64,000 bases of DNA, taken from positions 5,146,001-5,210,000 of the forward strand of contig NC_092674.1 of NCBI RefSeq assembly GCF_964355755.1, in the 5' to 3' direction. This stretch comes from Antedon mediterranea (lineage: Eukaryota; Animalia; Echinodermata). The translations under genes were made by a program, and so were the position numbers. Position 1 is the stretch's first letter. Each line of letters starts with the position of its first letter. Below the pieces are notes generated by a model. The model was not told where the DNA came from and made no database searches. It worked only from the letters and a program-made list of their open reading frames with translations. This document shows, piece by piece, positions 26,131 to 37,424 of this stretch.

Positions 26131-27175
26131 GTTTATCGTCTATTGATAAACAGCGACCTCTATATTTCTACGTCATAAAATCTTTTTTTCCCCAAGAACA
26201 AATTAATTAACTTTAAAAAAATATAACAAAACATTTACTAGATGTTTATATTATTGTATTATTATTCAACAATTGATATTTTGAATTCTAAATTTATTTA
26301 CAAAAATATGTTGGGTAAAATTTAGACAGAAATTAGTAAACAAATTAGTATTGCAATTTTGTACGCATATTAAAATAAAGTAAGTCTTATTTAAAACAAA
26401 TAGAGGTAATTAATAATAAAAATATACTGAATGACACAACATTTTTAACAATAAAACCTGATTAATAACAAATCTTTGTATAAAACGGTAGATACCATTT
26501 AAAATTTTAACCAGGGAAGAGTAAATTGTAACTTAACGCCTTATACAGGAAAACTTTTCTGTATATAATTTAGGTTTTAATAGTAAATTTATATAATTTT
26601 AACAGTTTCAATTGGTTGAGTCATTATCAAATCTATGTATGGGTCTTTTACCTATTCCAAAATAAAGTGATACACATATTCATGATGTATTAACAATAAA
26701 ATAGTAAATATGTTAAATTCACTGCAGGTATAAAATATTGTAAAGCAAAAACTAAATAACTGGTAATAGTAATACTGTACCAATCTGGCAAAACAGTAAT
26801 GAAACAAATTATCTTTACACAAAAATACAACCATCATTGGCTGGTTTGGATGTCAAAATTAAAACATAAAATAAAGGGTTTTAAAAAAAACAAACCATAG
26901 ATCTAGAAGTTATTTATTGTGTATTTAAAGTATAGCTTCTAAATATATATATACTGTATATATTCCAAAGGGCAAGGGTTTGAATATTGGTAAAAGGGGG
27001 AGGAGGAACAATAAAAGAAACCCCTAAAACAGAGTTTCTGGGTGCCAAGTTGCTTCTTTAATTTATGGATTTGTATCCTAAAAGTTGTGGCGCCATCCCC
27101 TTTAAATATAGGAGAGAATGTCCCAATCAACCCCCTCTCCCCTCCCTAGGATCTGCACCAGTGCCATTTTTGCAT

Positions 27176-30100
27176 TCAAGGTAAATTTGATACAACTGTT
27201 CTGTAACTTGTCTTTCGACTTCTGAGTTGATACTCGGATTCACTACCACGTGATCTGTTAACGTGATCCATCTCTGCCTTCATTTCACGGTTTATCTCTC
27301 GCTGAAGCTTTAGCGCCATCTTCCTATCCAACGCTTCCTGCTGTAGTCTTCGCTCTTCCTCCGTCTGCAGATTAAGAAATCGTTTGTGCTTTAAAGTTCC
27401 AGGACTTAACGGTTCGCTATCGCTCCTAGTTTTTCCTCTTTTCAGTTTACTTTTCTTTGGAGAAGGCGATTGTACGATTTGCGTTTTCTTTGGTGAAGAA
27501 TGAGAAGACGTTTGTTTATATTTTCGTTGTCCTTCAATTGTTTCATCGCATTTTCTTTTGTTACTAGAAGAGGAATCTGCAGAAGGTTTAAATGACAATG
27601 TTTTATTAAGTATCAAGATCTTATGATCTGGTTTACCTTCAAAGTCATCTTTATCTTCTGGTGTTTTTATGCAACTTCTATCCTCAGACTTTTCTTTCAA
27701 ATTGGTTGTGTTTTCAACATTTTTTAAATCTTCATGTTTTTTCTTAAATTTGGCAAACATGTCCTCGATAGTTTTACAGTTTTTGAAGTCAATATGATGC
27801 TTCCTTCTTCCCTTTTCTTCTGTTTGGTTTCTTTTCTTAATTGTTTTCTCTTCTGAATACAGCTTACTTGGTTGATCTTTATTTTTCATGTGACTTTCTC
27901 CAACTTTAACTTCATCTAATAAAGAAGGAGAATGACTACATATTCTATTTACATAATCAATTTCTTTATCATTTACATCTTCATAATGTCTATCTGACAT
28001 TTCATTATTCTGATCAACTAATTCATTCATATTTTGTTCATTCTCATCAAAATCTTCTTCAACAGTTTTAACTTCTTCAACTTTCCTATTCTTGTCATCT
28101 TTCTGTTGGACAATTTTACTTAAAATGTTTTTATCAATTCTAGTAGTCTTGTTCTCAGACATCAATAATCGTGTCAAGTTTTTCCGTTTCGATTGAGATG
28201 GTGCTTTCGGCTTCATACGATAGACTTTTCCTGGGCTACGCTTCAAAGAATCTGCAGATTCGGCACTAGTAGCGCTCTCTGCTTTTTTATCAAGAAATGT
28301 CTGTTTGCCTGTTGTTGAAACAGGACTTGAAGTACTCATTATAGTACTGTCTTCATGGTTGACAGATAAACCCTTACCAGGACTGTATTCAGTGTCTCTT
28401 TCTGAAGGTGTGTTCACATTAGATAACTTCTCACTACTATTTTCTTGTATAACACTTTTACCAACCATGACAGATTTCGAACCTTCTAAAACTCTGTGCT
28501 CACGCTCCTGTGCCAAACTTAACCACTTATCCATGAGCAATGGACTTTTCTGAAGGATTTCGCTCTCACCTTTCTCAAAAGCATTCTTTAAATTTTTCGG
28601 TGTACTATGAACAAGCGAAGGTGTTTTTCCATCGGCCAGTTTCCGAGCAGCTGTACGAGGCGAGATTACTATTGGTCTGAAATGAGACAACTCATGAGAT
28701 ATGCTATCTGTACTACCAACACTATCTGACCGGAGTGAGTTAATCCTTGGAGCACCTGTAGGAGGCGTCTTTGCAATCAGTGTAAAAGCGCCAGTAGGCT
28801 TTGAAACTATTTCTTCTTGGTTGCTTCTAGTTTCGTCATCAACATCAGAAGGTGGTGAGATGTTTAGAACTGCCATTGGACTCGGTGTAAGATCCTTACT
28901 GTCGAGAATAGTACAATCATCAAATAAAGAGAGTTTATCACTTTCTGCTACAACTAGAGATTCCACCATATCTTCAACTGGTTCATGCTTGAAATTTGAG
29001 TTGGAGTTTTCATCAAATTCCATAGCTAAGTCATCATTGTATTCTTCAACACATACTAATGAAACATCAGCTCTTCCAGTAACTTTGGAAGTGGAAGGAC
29101 CAAGAAACATTGGACTGGTGGTACTGTTGGAATCATCATTAATTACATCCGCTATTTTTATTTGGCTACAACTCACTTCTGGTGAGCTCTTCTCCACATG
29201 AGTAAAATCGTCTGCCAAGAGATTATCTTTGGTGGACTCACCAGACAAGCTGCATCCGGAACCACTACAAGGTCTGCTCTGGTAGTTCTCACCCTGTTGG
29301 GGTTTTTTGAAGAAGGTTTCGATGTTCATAGCTGGAATCTTTGTGTTCTTTTTGGAACGTGGGGTCAGACGTTTGTTTGAACTTTGACTCATTGACATTG
29401 AAGTCTGAAAAAAAAAAAATTGTATTTGAGAGCCACTAAATCACTAACTGAAATTCAACTCACATAGGAAAATGTAGGAAGAATAGAGGGGCATATAATA
29501 AGCATTTTCTGTAAGAAGTAGTGCAAGCTAAAATCCCATTCCTGCACCTTTAGTAAATATTATTCAAGAATTCCCGATTCGTCCTATAGCTCTGTCTACA
29601 ATATCAAACGAGTTTGACAAAAAGAGTGTGATGTGGCAAAAATATGGTAGTGATATTCCCAAACATGGTACTGTAGTGATATGACATCATCATGTCCATA
29701 TATATGCACATCACATTTGTTGTCACATAAAGTTTGATAGTGTAGACAGAGCTTTACAAATCAGGACAATCCTGTATAAATCGGGAAGGAATGTTATGAA
29801 TAGTTACCCTTTCTAGTTGCTCCTGCAGTTTTCTTGCAAACTCTTCATCTCTCTGAGTTTGTTTTAATTTGCCCTTAAAAGGTAATGATAAAAAGAATGT
29901 TTGTAAAGTGATAAATGAAGTTATGATCATGTATAATGATATATAGGATATTGTATAATGATATATAGGATATTGTATAATGATATATAGGATATTGTAT
30001 AATGATATATAGGATATTGTATAATGATATATAGGATATTGTATAATGATATATAGGATATTGTATGATGATATATAGGATATTGTATAATGATATATAG

Positions 30101-31645
30101 GATATTGTATAATGATATGGCAAGTGGATAAAATAATGTAGGTAAGAGTGATATTACATATATAATGTATGATACTTAGACGAGTGTTAGTACTGCGACA
30201 TAGTAGAATTCGTTGTATACCTGTTTTTCTTGTTCTTCTTGAAGCGCCCTCGCTAGTTGTTCATCTAGTCGTGCTTGCTCATCAGCTAAATTTCCAGAAT
30301 TCTAGAATAAAATAAAGTTTCTTTACTTTAAGTTTCTTCAATGACACAATTCAGAAATGTATATTTTTTGTTTCCTGTGGTTGAAAATTGGTTGAAAATA
30401 AGTTTCATCCAGTACATCTGTAAATCAATGGCAGGTGGCCATGTTGAAACAACATGGATACTATCATTCATTTAAAACTTTAAATACTCCACAATAAATA
30501 CATACATGTAGACCAGGTTCTTCAGTCTCAGCTATCTTCCTAGCCAGTTTCTCATCTAGTTCTCTCAACCTCTCTTCTTCTTGTCTACGTTTTTCATACT
30601 CCCTAAGTTCCTCTTCTTGTATCTCTTTGATAATCTTTTGACTCTTGGCTTTCTCTATTTTCTCTTGCTCTTCTTTTTCCATTTGATGCTTAAATTAAAT
30701 TTAAAACATAAAACATATTTAAAACATATTTGATAAATAAAGGCATTTTTATATATCATGGGCTCTTCCATTAGTTTTAGGTACCTTTTTAACTTCCTTT
30801 TCATATTCTTCTCGGACTTCTCCTGGTTCACACACACGGATTGGATTTACAGGCTGAAGAACTACAGAAGAGACAACGGAAATGCGTAATGATTCAAGAT
30901 TCAAGAAATTGTATAAAGTTATAAAAATACCAGCACTTTAGTGGATTATTCCATTAAAAAATAGGGGTAAATTGTATCAAATAAATAGGCCTACAAAGTA
31001 TTTACCCCCTCAGCAAGTGATGTACAGTATGTTATGCTGTATCAACGACATATTTGAATCCCAACAAAATATATGACAAAATTAGACTGCTGATTAATGT
31101 TTATTTTAAGCTAGGTCTAGTCTATGCCATGGAATGGGCCTAGAAGATCCTAATCTAACAGATATTAATTATTATATTACTAGTCTACTACTTCTTTAAA
31201 ACTTTGGTTAAAAAAATCAAAACAATACAATATACTGTAGGCCTAGTCATTTGGCAGGATATCCAGTCATTTGACATTTGACCTATGAATAGGCCTAAAT
31301 ACCAAATAATTTTAAATTTTACGTACCGTCATCCGTATCTTCGCCTTGAAGCCTTTTTCTGATTTGTTCAGGAAAAGTCGCCTGTATTTCATGCCATTTC
31401 GTCCAGTTTATCAACTTATTTAGCTTAGTCTGTTTCCTAGCCCAATTACTGATTCGCAATCGGCAAAGCGGGCAGGTAAAGTTGACCTGCTCAACCGTAT
31501 CGCGAAAACAAGGCCTGCAGAGTTCATGAGAGCAGGGCATTGTAACTGGTTCTACAAGAATACTCATGCATATCGGGCATATACAATCGGCTAGACGAAT
31601 GCCTTGTTCATTTGTGTAACTTGTCTCGGCAATTTTTTCTTCCAT
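27176..31645 (-). CDS. RNF168: E3 ubiquitin ligase RNF168/RNF169 family, ~984 aa, 6 exons (31645-31327, 30861-30785, 30688-30506, 30301-30221, 29873-29808, 29404-27176)
   Basis: N-terminal RING CPICMSILVEPVTMPCSHELCRPCF...CPLCRLRISNWAR, then PGEVREEYEKE, MIU motifs DExLAR, and C-terminal MIU+LR motif QQEALDRKMALKLQ...VNRSRGSESEYQLRS. Confidence 0.92.
29930..30118. repeat. 22-bp minisatellite, about 8.5 units, in an RNF168 intron
   Basis: (tgtataatgatatataggatat)n. Confidence 0.95.
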
Positions 31646-31939
31646 AATGTCAAATTACGCCACAATCATGAAATTTATTTCGAAAACTTTGACAAGACAT
31701 GATAGAACTCGTCTGTTGACTCAAGATTCTGTAATCGCGCTTCGCTCTTTTACGCCCTCAGGAAGTTCATAGACTTCTTAATCCAGAAAGCTGTAGTAAC
31801 TAGATTATCCTATCTAAACACACGGCAGCAGTAAATATATTATTAAATTATACAGCCGATGAATAAACTCTTGCGCAGTTCATCAAAAAGTGTATAATAC
31901 GCCTTTTTCATGGAACGGAAGACATATTCGATCGATGAC

Positions 31940-32800
31940 AAATAATGCAGGATCAGGTGCCGTTTTCGGCCACCTCGACTTGTATGGACTATACCATTAT
32001 AAAAAGATGGGAAAATAGGGGTGTCCCATTTATTAATTGAGTGTGTTAAAATACTGCTTCTTTTGTTCTTTTGTTTTTCTTGTTGTTTCAGCAACAAAGC
32101 AACAACTTTAATTTACCTAACGATAACACAGTAGTACATTTGATAAAGATGACAGTAGTACATTTATCACATACTGATTATTAGGTAATCAGTAAAACAA
32201 ATAAACATTATAATTTTGTCAATGAATCTGTACCATTTTGTTCCCAGAAAACACAGCGTTTGACATTGCATGTTTTTAGGTTTGGTCTTTCTAAATGTTT
32301 TAAACACGTTTTTAAACGTTTCTGTGTAGAAATACATGTTCTAATTGAACAACGTTTGCATCAAAACGTTATAATAGCGAATGCAAAACGGAGCTGATAA
32401 TGTCGCCATGAAGAGGGATTGATTGGTGTCTTCCAATATAGCATGGAATACATCGGCAAGCCGTTCGCTGTAGACCGAGTCAATCATTTGCATACTAGAC
32501 AAACCAATTACTTTCCCCGCTCTACCCAGCACCTTCTCAATTCGGTCTTTATCCCCTTACATTTCCTTACTGATATTCCCAGACAGTATACAATATGCCC
32601 AAATAGAACATCACTGATTAGTAAAACATAAACATTCTATAGTACAAATATCCTGCTTTACCCCAAAGAACCGAGTTTCCTCAAGCAGTACAGCCTTGTA
32701 ATTAACTTCTTAACTACGATCATGTCCACCCATTTAGCTTTAGTCAAACACTACTCCCAGATACTTATAATTGTTAACAATCTCTACTTCCTTTACTTTA
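31940..32800 (-). mobile_element. Decayed Rex1/Babar-like non-LTR retrotransposon 3' fragment
   Basis: Broken frames YKYLGVVFD, RLYCLRKLGSLG and RAGKVIG...DSVYSERL...ILEDTNQSL. 3' tail ataatggtatagtccatacaagtcgaggtggccgaaaacggcacctgatcc recurs in opposite orientation at ~35720-35775. Confidence 0.7.
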
Positions 32801-33234
32801 ATTAATATATACTGTCAGACCAATTATGTTTTCGAAAATCCGATCCTTATTTCTTTCGTTTGATTTATATTTAGTTGAATATGATTTATCTACCGATAGG
32901 ATTGGGCCGATTAGAATGCATTTGCCAACATTCTTTTACATATTTCACAACATTATAGAGTTTAGGTAATTTAACCGATTGTAATATAGTATTTAGGATA
33001 TTTTAATATCGATTGTACTGTAGTATTTAGGATGTTTTAATTCTGATTGTATTGTAGTATTTAAGATTTTCTAATTTCGAATCCGATTGTACTAAAATTT
33101 AAAGTGTTTAAATCCAGATAGGAATAACATAGGCCTAGTATTTAATATGCTTTAATTTTGATTATACTGTAGTGTTTAGTTTAGTTTTTATATATAATAA
33201 GTAAGTATACGTACTTATATAGTTTTTATTTATT

Positions 33235-35600
33235 TATTTATTCATAGGAATCACCTTTATATCGGTGTCACACATTTATCAGTTAATGGTGCATCCAATT
33301 TTAAACAGACAAAATTACAAATAACATAAGCCACAAAGTTCTAAATACTAATACATAACATCAAAACAAAATGTAAACTAATTAATTAATTAATTAGATC
33401 TGTATGAAAATACATAATACGTAAATTGTACAATATATATAACTACAAAAATAAAAACAGAACAACAAAAATACAGGATAGGCCTAATAAATAAATAAAA
33501 CATACAGATACATCCTCATAGAGATGTCTGTAGCTTGGTTACTATATTAATCAATTTGTTGAGATAGGTAATGCTGATAACATTGTAGATCTAGCAACCC
33601 ATGCTTTCATTAAATATTTTTTACAATAAAAATCAAAGATTTTTCCTAATGTTTCATTTTCAGTGAATAAATTGTCTAGCATATTAAAAGTGGTGTTTTA
33701 ATTCCTGAGGTCCACAATTAAAATTATCCCGGTACATACTTAATTATTGTCTAACAGAGTTTAATGAAGGACATTTAAATAAAAAATGGTTTACTGTTTC
33801 TTTTTCGTTAGTACTGTACACATCTTACATAATCCTGTGTTATGATTTGACCAGGATTGTCTACGACCCTCAAGATCTAGAGAGTTTGATCTTTCTTTAA
33901 ATTTTAAATTAATGATACTCTTAAAATTACGCTTAAAAGAGAACGACGTTTCGACTCCATCATGGGGTCATTATCAAGTCCAATGAATAAAATATAAAAC
34001 AACAACTAATTAAGTAGCACAAGCCAAGGGTCAAAGTTTAAATAACAAAAGACCTATTGTCTAACATCCTGTCAAATGAAAAGCTTAGCTTTTACAGAGT
34101 CACTTTGTTTATTCAGACTAGGTTTTAATTGTCTGATATACAACATTTCATAGATAAGACAGTCAAATTTGTTTTTGCATTTCCTAAGTATACTAAAACA
34201 TGAATTAATTTTACTGGGATTAACAATCACTTTATGATCCTTCAAATGCTGTCCTATTAAGCATCTACTATGTTCAACAATGCGTTGGTAGAGGTGTCGG
34301 CATGTATATCCAACATAACTTGCATCGCACAAGTCACATTTAAATTTATACACAACACATTGTTGACTTATAATAGTTGGTTTCTTTTCGACTTTCCTAA
34401 TGTTATCTTTAACTTTTTTACTTATGAATACAGGGACAATGTTTTTGTTTATCTTGTGACTTAGTTGGCATAGTTGTCGCTTGACGGAGTTCGCAGATTT
34501 CTGGTCTTTGAATGGCAGGATGATTCGCACTGGTATTTCGGATAGATCTGTTTCATCTTCTGCAGTGTTGTTATTGCTCTCTGCTGGTTTAAAGTTCTGT
34601 ATGGTTGTTGTTATTAGTTCATCTGGATATTTCAGACGCTTAAAAATCTTCCTTAGAATTTCACATTCATCATTAAAAAGCTGGTGGGTCGACGATAGTT
34701 TGTAAGCCCGATTTAACATAGTTATAATAAGTGACCTTTTATACTTGTTGTCAACGTGACTATTGTAGTGTAGCAATAAGCCTGTGTCTGTTGGCTTTCT
34801 GTAAACCCGTGTGTGCAATTTTTCCAAATCTTTGGTTATCAGCATTCCTAGGAAAGGGATTGAATTGTTCACGGCAGTTTCCATTGTGAACGCTATCGCA
34901 GGATGGGTTGTGTTGAGTAAAGCTAAAAATTCATTGGCTGCTTCTAGATTTGGCATGAATACTAGTGTGTCATCAACATACCGTTTGTAGTATTTGGGCA
35001 TGTGGTTCGTAGATTCAAGGCGTTCCTCGATGTGGCACATAAATACATTTGCCATAAGGGGCCCTAGAGGTGATCCCATTGCAACTCCATCAACCTGTTC
35101 ATACAAGTTACCATTAAATTGGAATGTTGCTATATTGAGGAGTACAATTAAATCGTCCTTATCTAAGTTTAGTCCATAATTATCATTGAACCAGTTGTTA
35201 GTAAATGCTTTATCAGCAATAATTTGAATTGTCTCGGTTAAAGGAACATTTGTGAATAAGGACGAAAAATTCTTAAAATTAGTTTTATCTAACAAATATT
35301 GTTCAAGGTTTGGTTCCTTTATACATGTAGTAATAGTATATTCCGTTAACGTTGTTTTGCATGGAATTTTGTTTTGCTTTGGGCCTTTGAAAACCACCCG
35401 TTATGATCAACTTGTTTATTATTTTTCCTAAATGGCTTTATCCAGTTAGTAGATGGTTCTTCATTAAATTTGTCTATAAAATTTGTTTTATTTAAAATAT
35501 CTTTAGTTAATATAGTAATTGTTACAAAATCTTGGCATTCCCTATAACACAGTACCTAATAATAACATGCCTTATAAAAAGTACATGCATTGCTAGTTTT
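33235..35600 (-). mobile_element. Decayed LINE 3' part with CCHC zinc knuckle, interrupted by a Penelope element
   Basis: Removing the Penelope insert restores EQYLLDKTNFKSIINLKFKERSNSLDLEGRRQSW..GLCKMC, then (after a frameshift) ETVNHFLFKCP. A-rich tail near 33240. Confidence 0.65.
33930..35270 (-). mobile_element. 5'-truncated Penelope-like element (RT + GIY-YIG endonuclease), 11-bp TSD
   Basis: ORF 34072-35397: SLFTNVP, GVAMGSPLGPLMANVFM, YKRYVDD, VVYKFKCDLCDASYVGYTCRHLYQRIVEH. TSD tcttaaaatta at 33919-33929 and 35271-35281. Confidence 0.92.
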
Positions 35601-36095
35601 TGATGTTTTGTATTGTTCCTTGTAGTTTGTACTGTAGGTTACATAACAGAACAATTGTATTGTCTCCCCATTCAATAGACACCATTCTCTACATAAAACA
35701 TAATACACCACATCCCTATCATAATAATGGTATAGTCCATATAAGTCGAGGTGGCCGAAAACGCCACCTGATCCAATAAGGGATCAGAATAATGCATAAT
35801 AAATTACTGTAAGAATGTTCTTAAAAGATTGGCCTACATCACGGTATGATTTAACAAAATTTAAAAAATGTTTTTTTCACCGAATCCATCGATAATTAAC
35901 AGCACAGACAGTGTGATTTCTAATTATTGTTCAATCACACAGTTATGTAGGTTAATCTCTTAAGAACATTTTACAGTAAAAAAAATTGTCCATACCACTG
36001 TCTGTTAAGTAGTTACGAATTTTTAAGTCTTGTCCCCAGAAAATATGCACGCCGCGCTATGTTATTATTTCTGTTGGTTGCTGCGCGTACGTCCC

Positions 36096-37006
36096 TGTCA
36101 CACTAAAATCTGTCCGGGCCAAAATCGGTCCGGTGGACCAGTTTTGGCTGCCAAAATCAGTCCGGGGGACCATTTATGGCTGCCAAAACCTGTCCGGCCG
36201 GACCAATTTTGGCCGCCAAAACTGGTCCGGCCTGGATAAAATCGGTCCGGGCAATAGGACTGTTTTTGGCCGCCAAATATATGGTGCGCAAAATTAGTCA
36301 TAATGCATATATCATTAAAAAAAGGCCATGATTAGTCATTATATTGAAAACTATGGGGTTTTATTTATTATTTTAATATTATAAATTAAGCCTGTTTTTT
36401 TAATTATCATTATTAGTAGTAACTCATCAATAATAAGTACTAATTGTTAGGCTTTTTGTATACAATATGTATATCTCTGCCTGTTTTTAATCCAGTTTGT
36501 TCTTTTTTAACATCTTCTTTTCCCCATGATGTTAAAAACAATTTAATCATCATCATTTCAATCATTATCATTTATTTATGGTTAATCAATCAATATATCA
36601 ATTCAATACAATTATTATAAACCAATTATCCAATATTGATTAGGCTGAGGAAGGAAAAAATGCCTCAATCCTATAAAATCTAGCTGGCAATATCGATCAG
36701 CGTCTCATACCCGTTCATGTGAGTGTGTGGCAGGCCCAATATGAGTGAACACCTAAGTCATGTTTTTAGATAAAATACATTTATTTATAGTATTTATCCG
36801 ACAAGATAACTTGCTAATATATATCATGGGATATTTTTCTACCCATAAACAACTTAAAACAGCATCATAGGCCTAGTAATTCAATTAAAATCGACAGAAG
36901 AAAAGCCCGGACCGATTTTGGCAGTGGCGGACTGCTTTTGGCCACAATTTTGCCAAAACTGGTCCGGCCGGACCGATTTTGGCCCCGGACCAAATTTATC
37001 GTGACA
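36096..37006. mobile_element. Ginger-like non-autonomous DNA transposon (TGT...ACA ends, 4-bp TSD)
   Basis: tccc|tgtcac...gtgaca|tccc, with subterminal repeats ggtccggccggacc and tttggctgccaaaa. Confidence 0.7.
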
Positions 37007-37424
37007 TCCCCGCATATAGCGTTGTTTGTCATGCTTAGTGAAAAAAGCACATACGCCCAAAAAATAACTGAAAAAGTTTGGCTGCTAACTTGCAAAATGT
37101 GTTTTAATTAATTACCTGATTAAATAAATGCTATAAAACCGACTGTCACATTGTTCTAATAGACTGTCTATAGATTACGTAATGAATCATTCTACTAACT
37201 TAACAGTGACCTGATAAGAGATAAAAAAAAATCTAAAGCTTTAATGTGTATTGTCTTTGCAATTTGCATGTGTAGATGGGGGGGGGGGGGGGGCGTCCCT
37301 ATGATGTGGTTGGGTATATGGCCCGTCGTGACTGCAACAACTCAAAACGTATACGTATGAATAGCATAATGAAGTATGATAGGCTCATAATCCAGTAGTT
37401 GAAACAGACACGTTTTGTAACAAG

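Noticed and set aside
28305-29380. Plus-strand ORFs of 60-166 aa
   Set aside because: Antisense shadows of the large RNF168 exon; likewise 20044-20367 (PELP1) and 43125-43574 (LINE).
29875-30123. Y/I-rich 82-aa ORF
   Set aside because: Translation of the 22-bp minisatellite.
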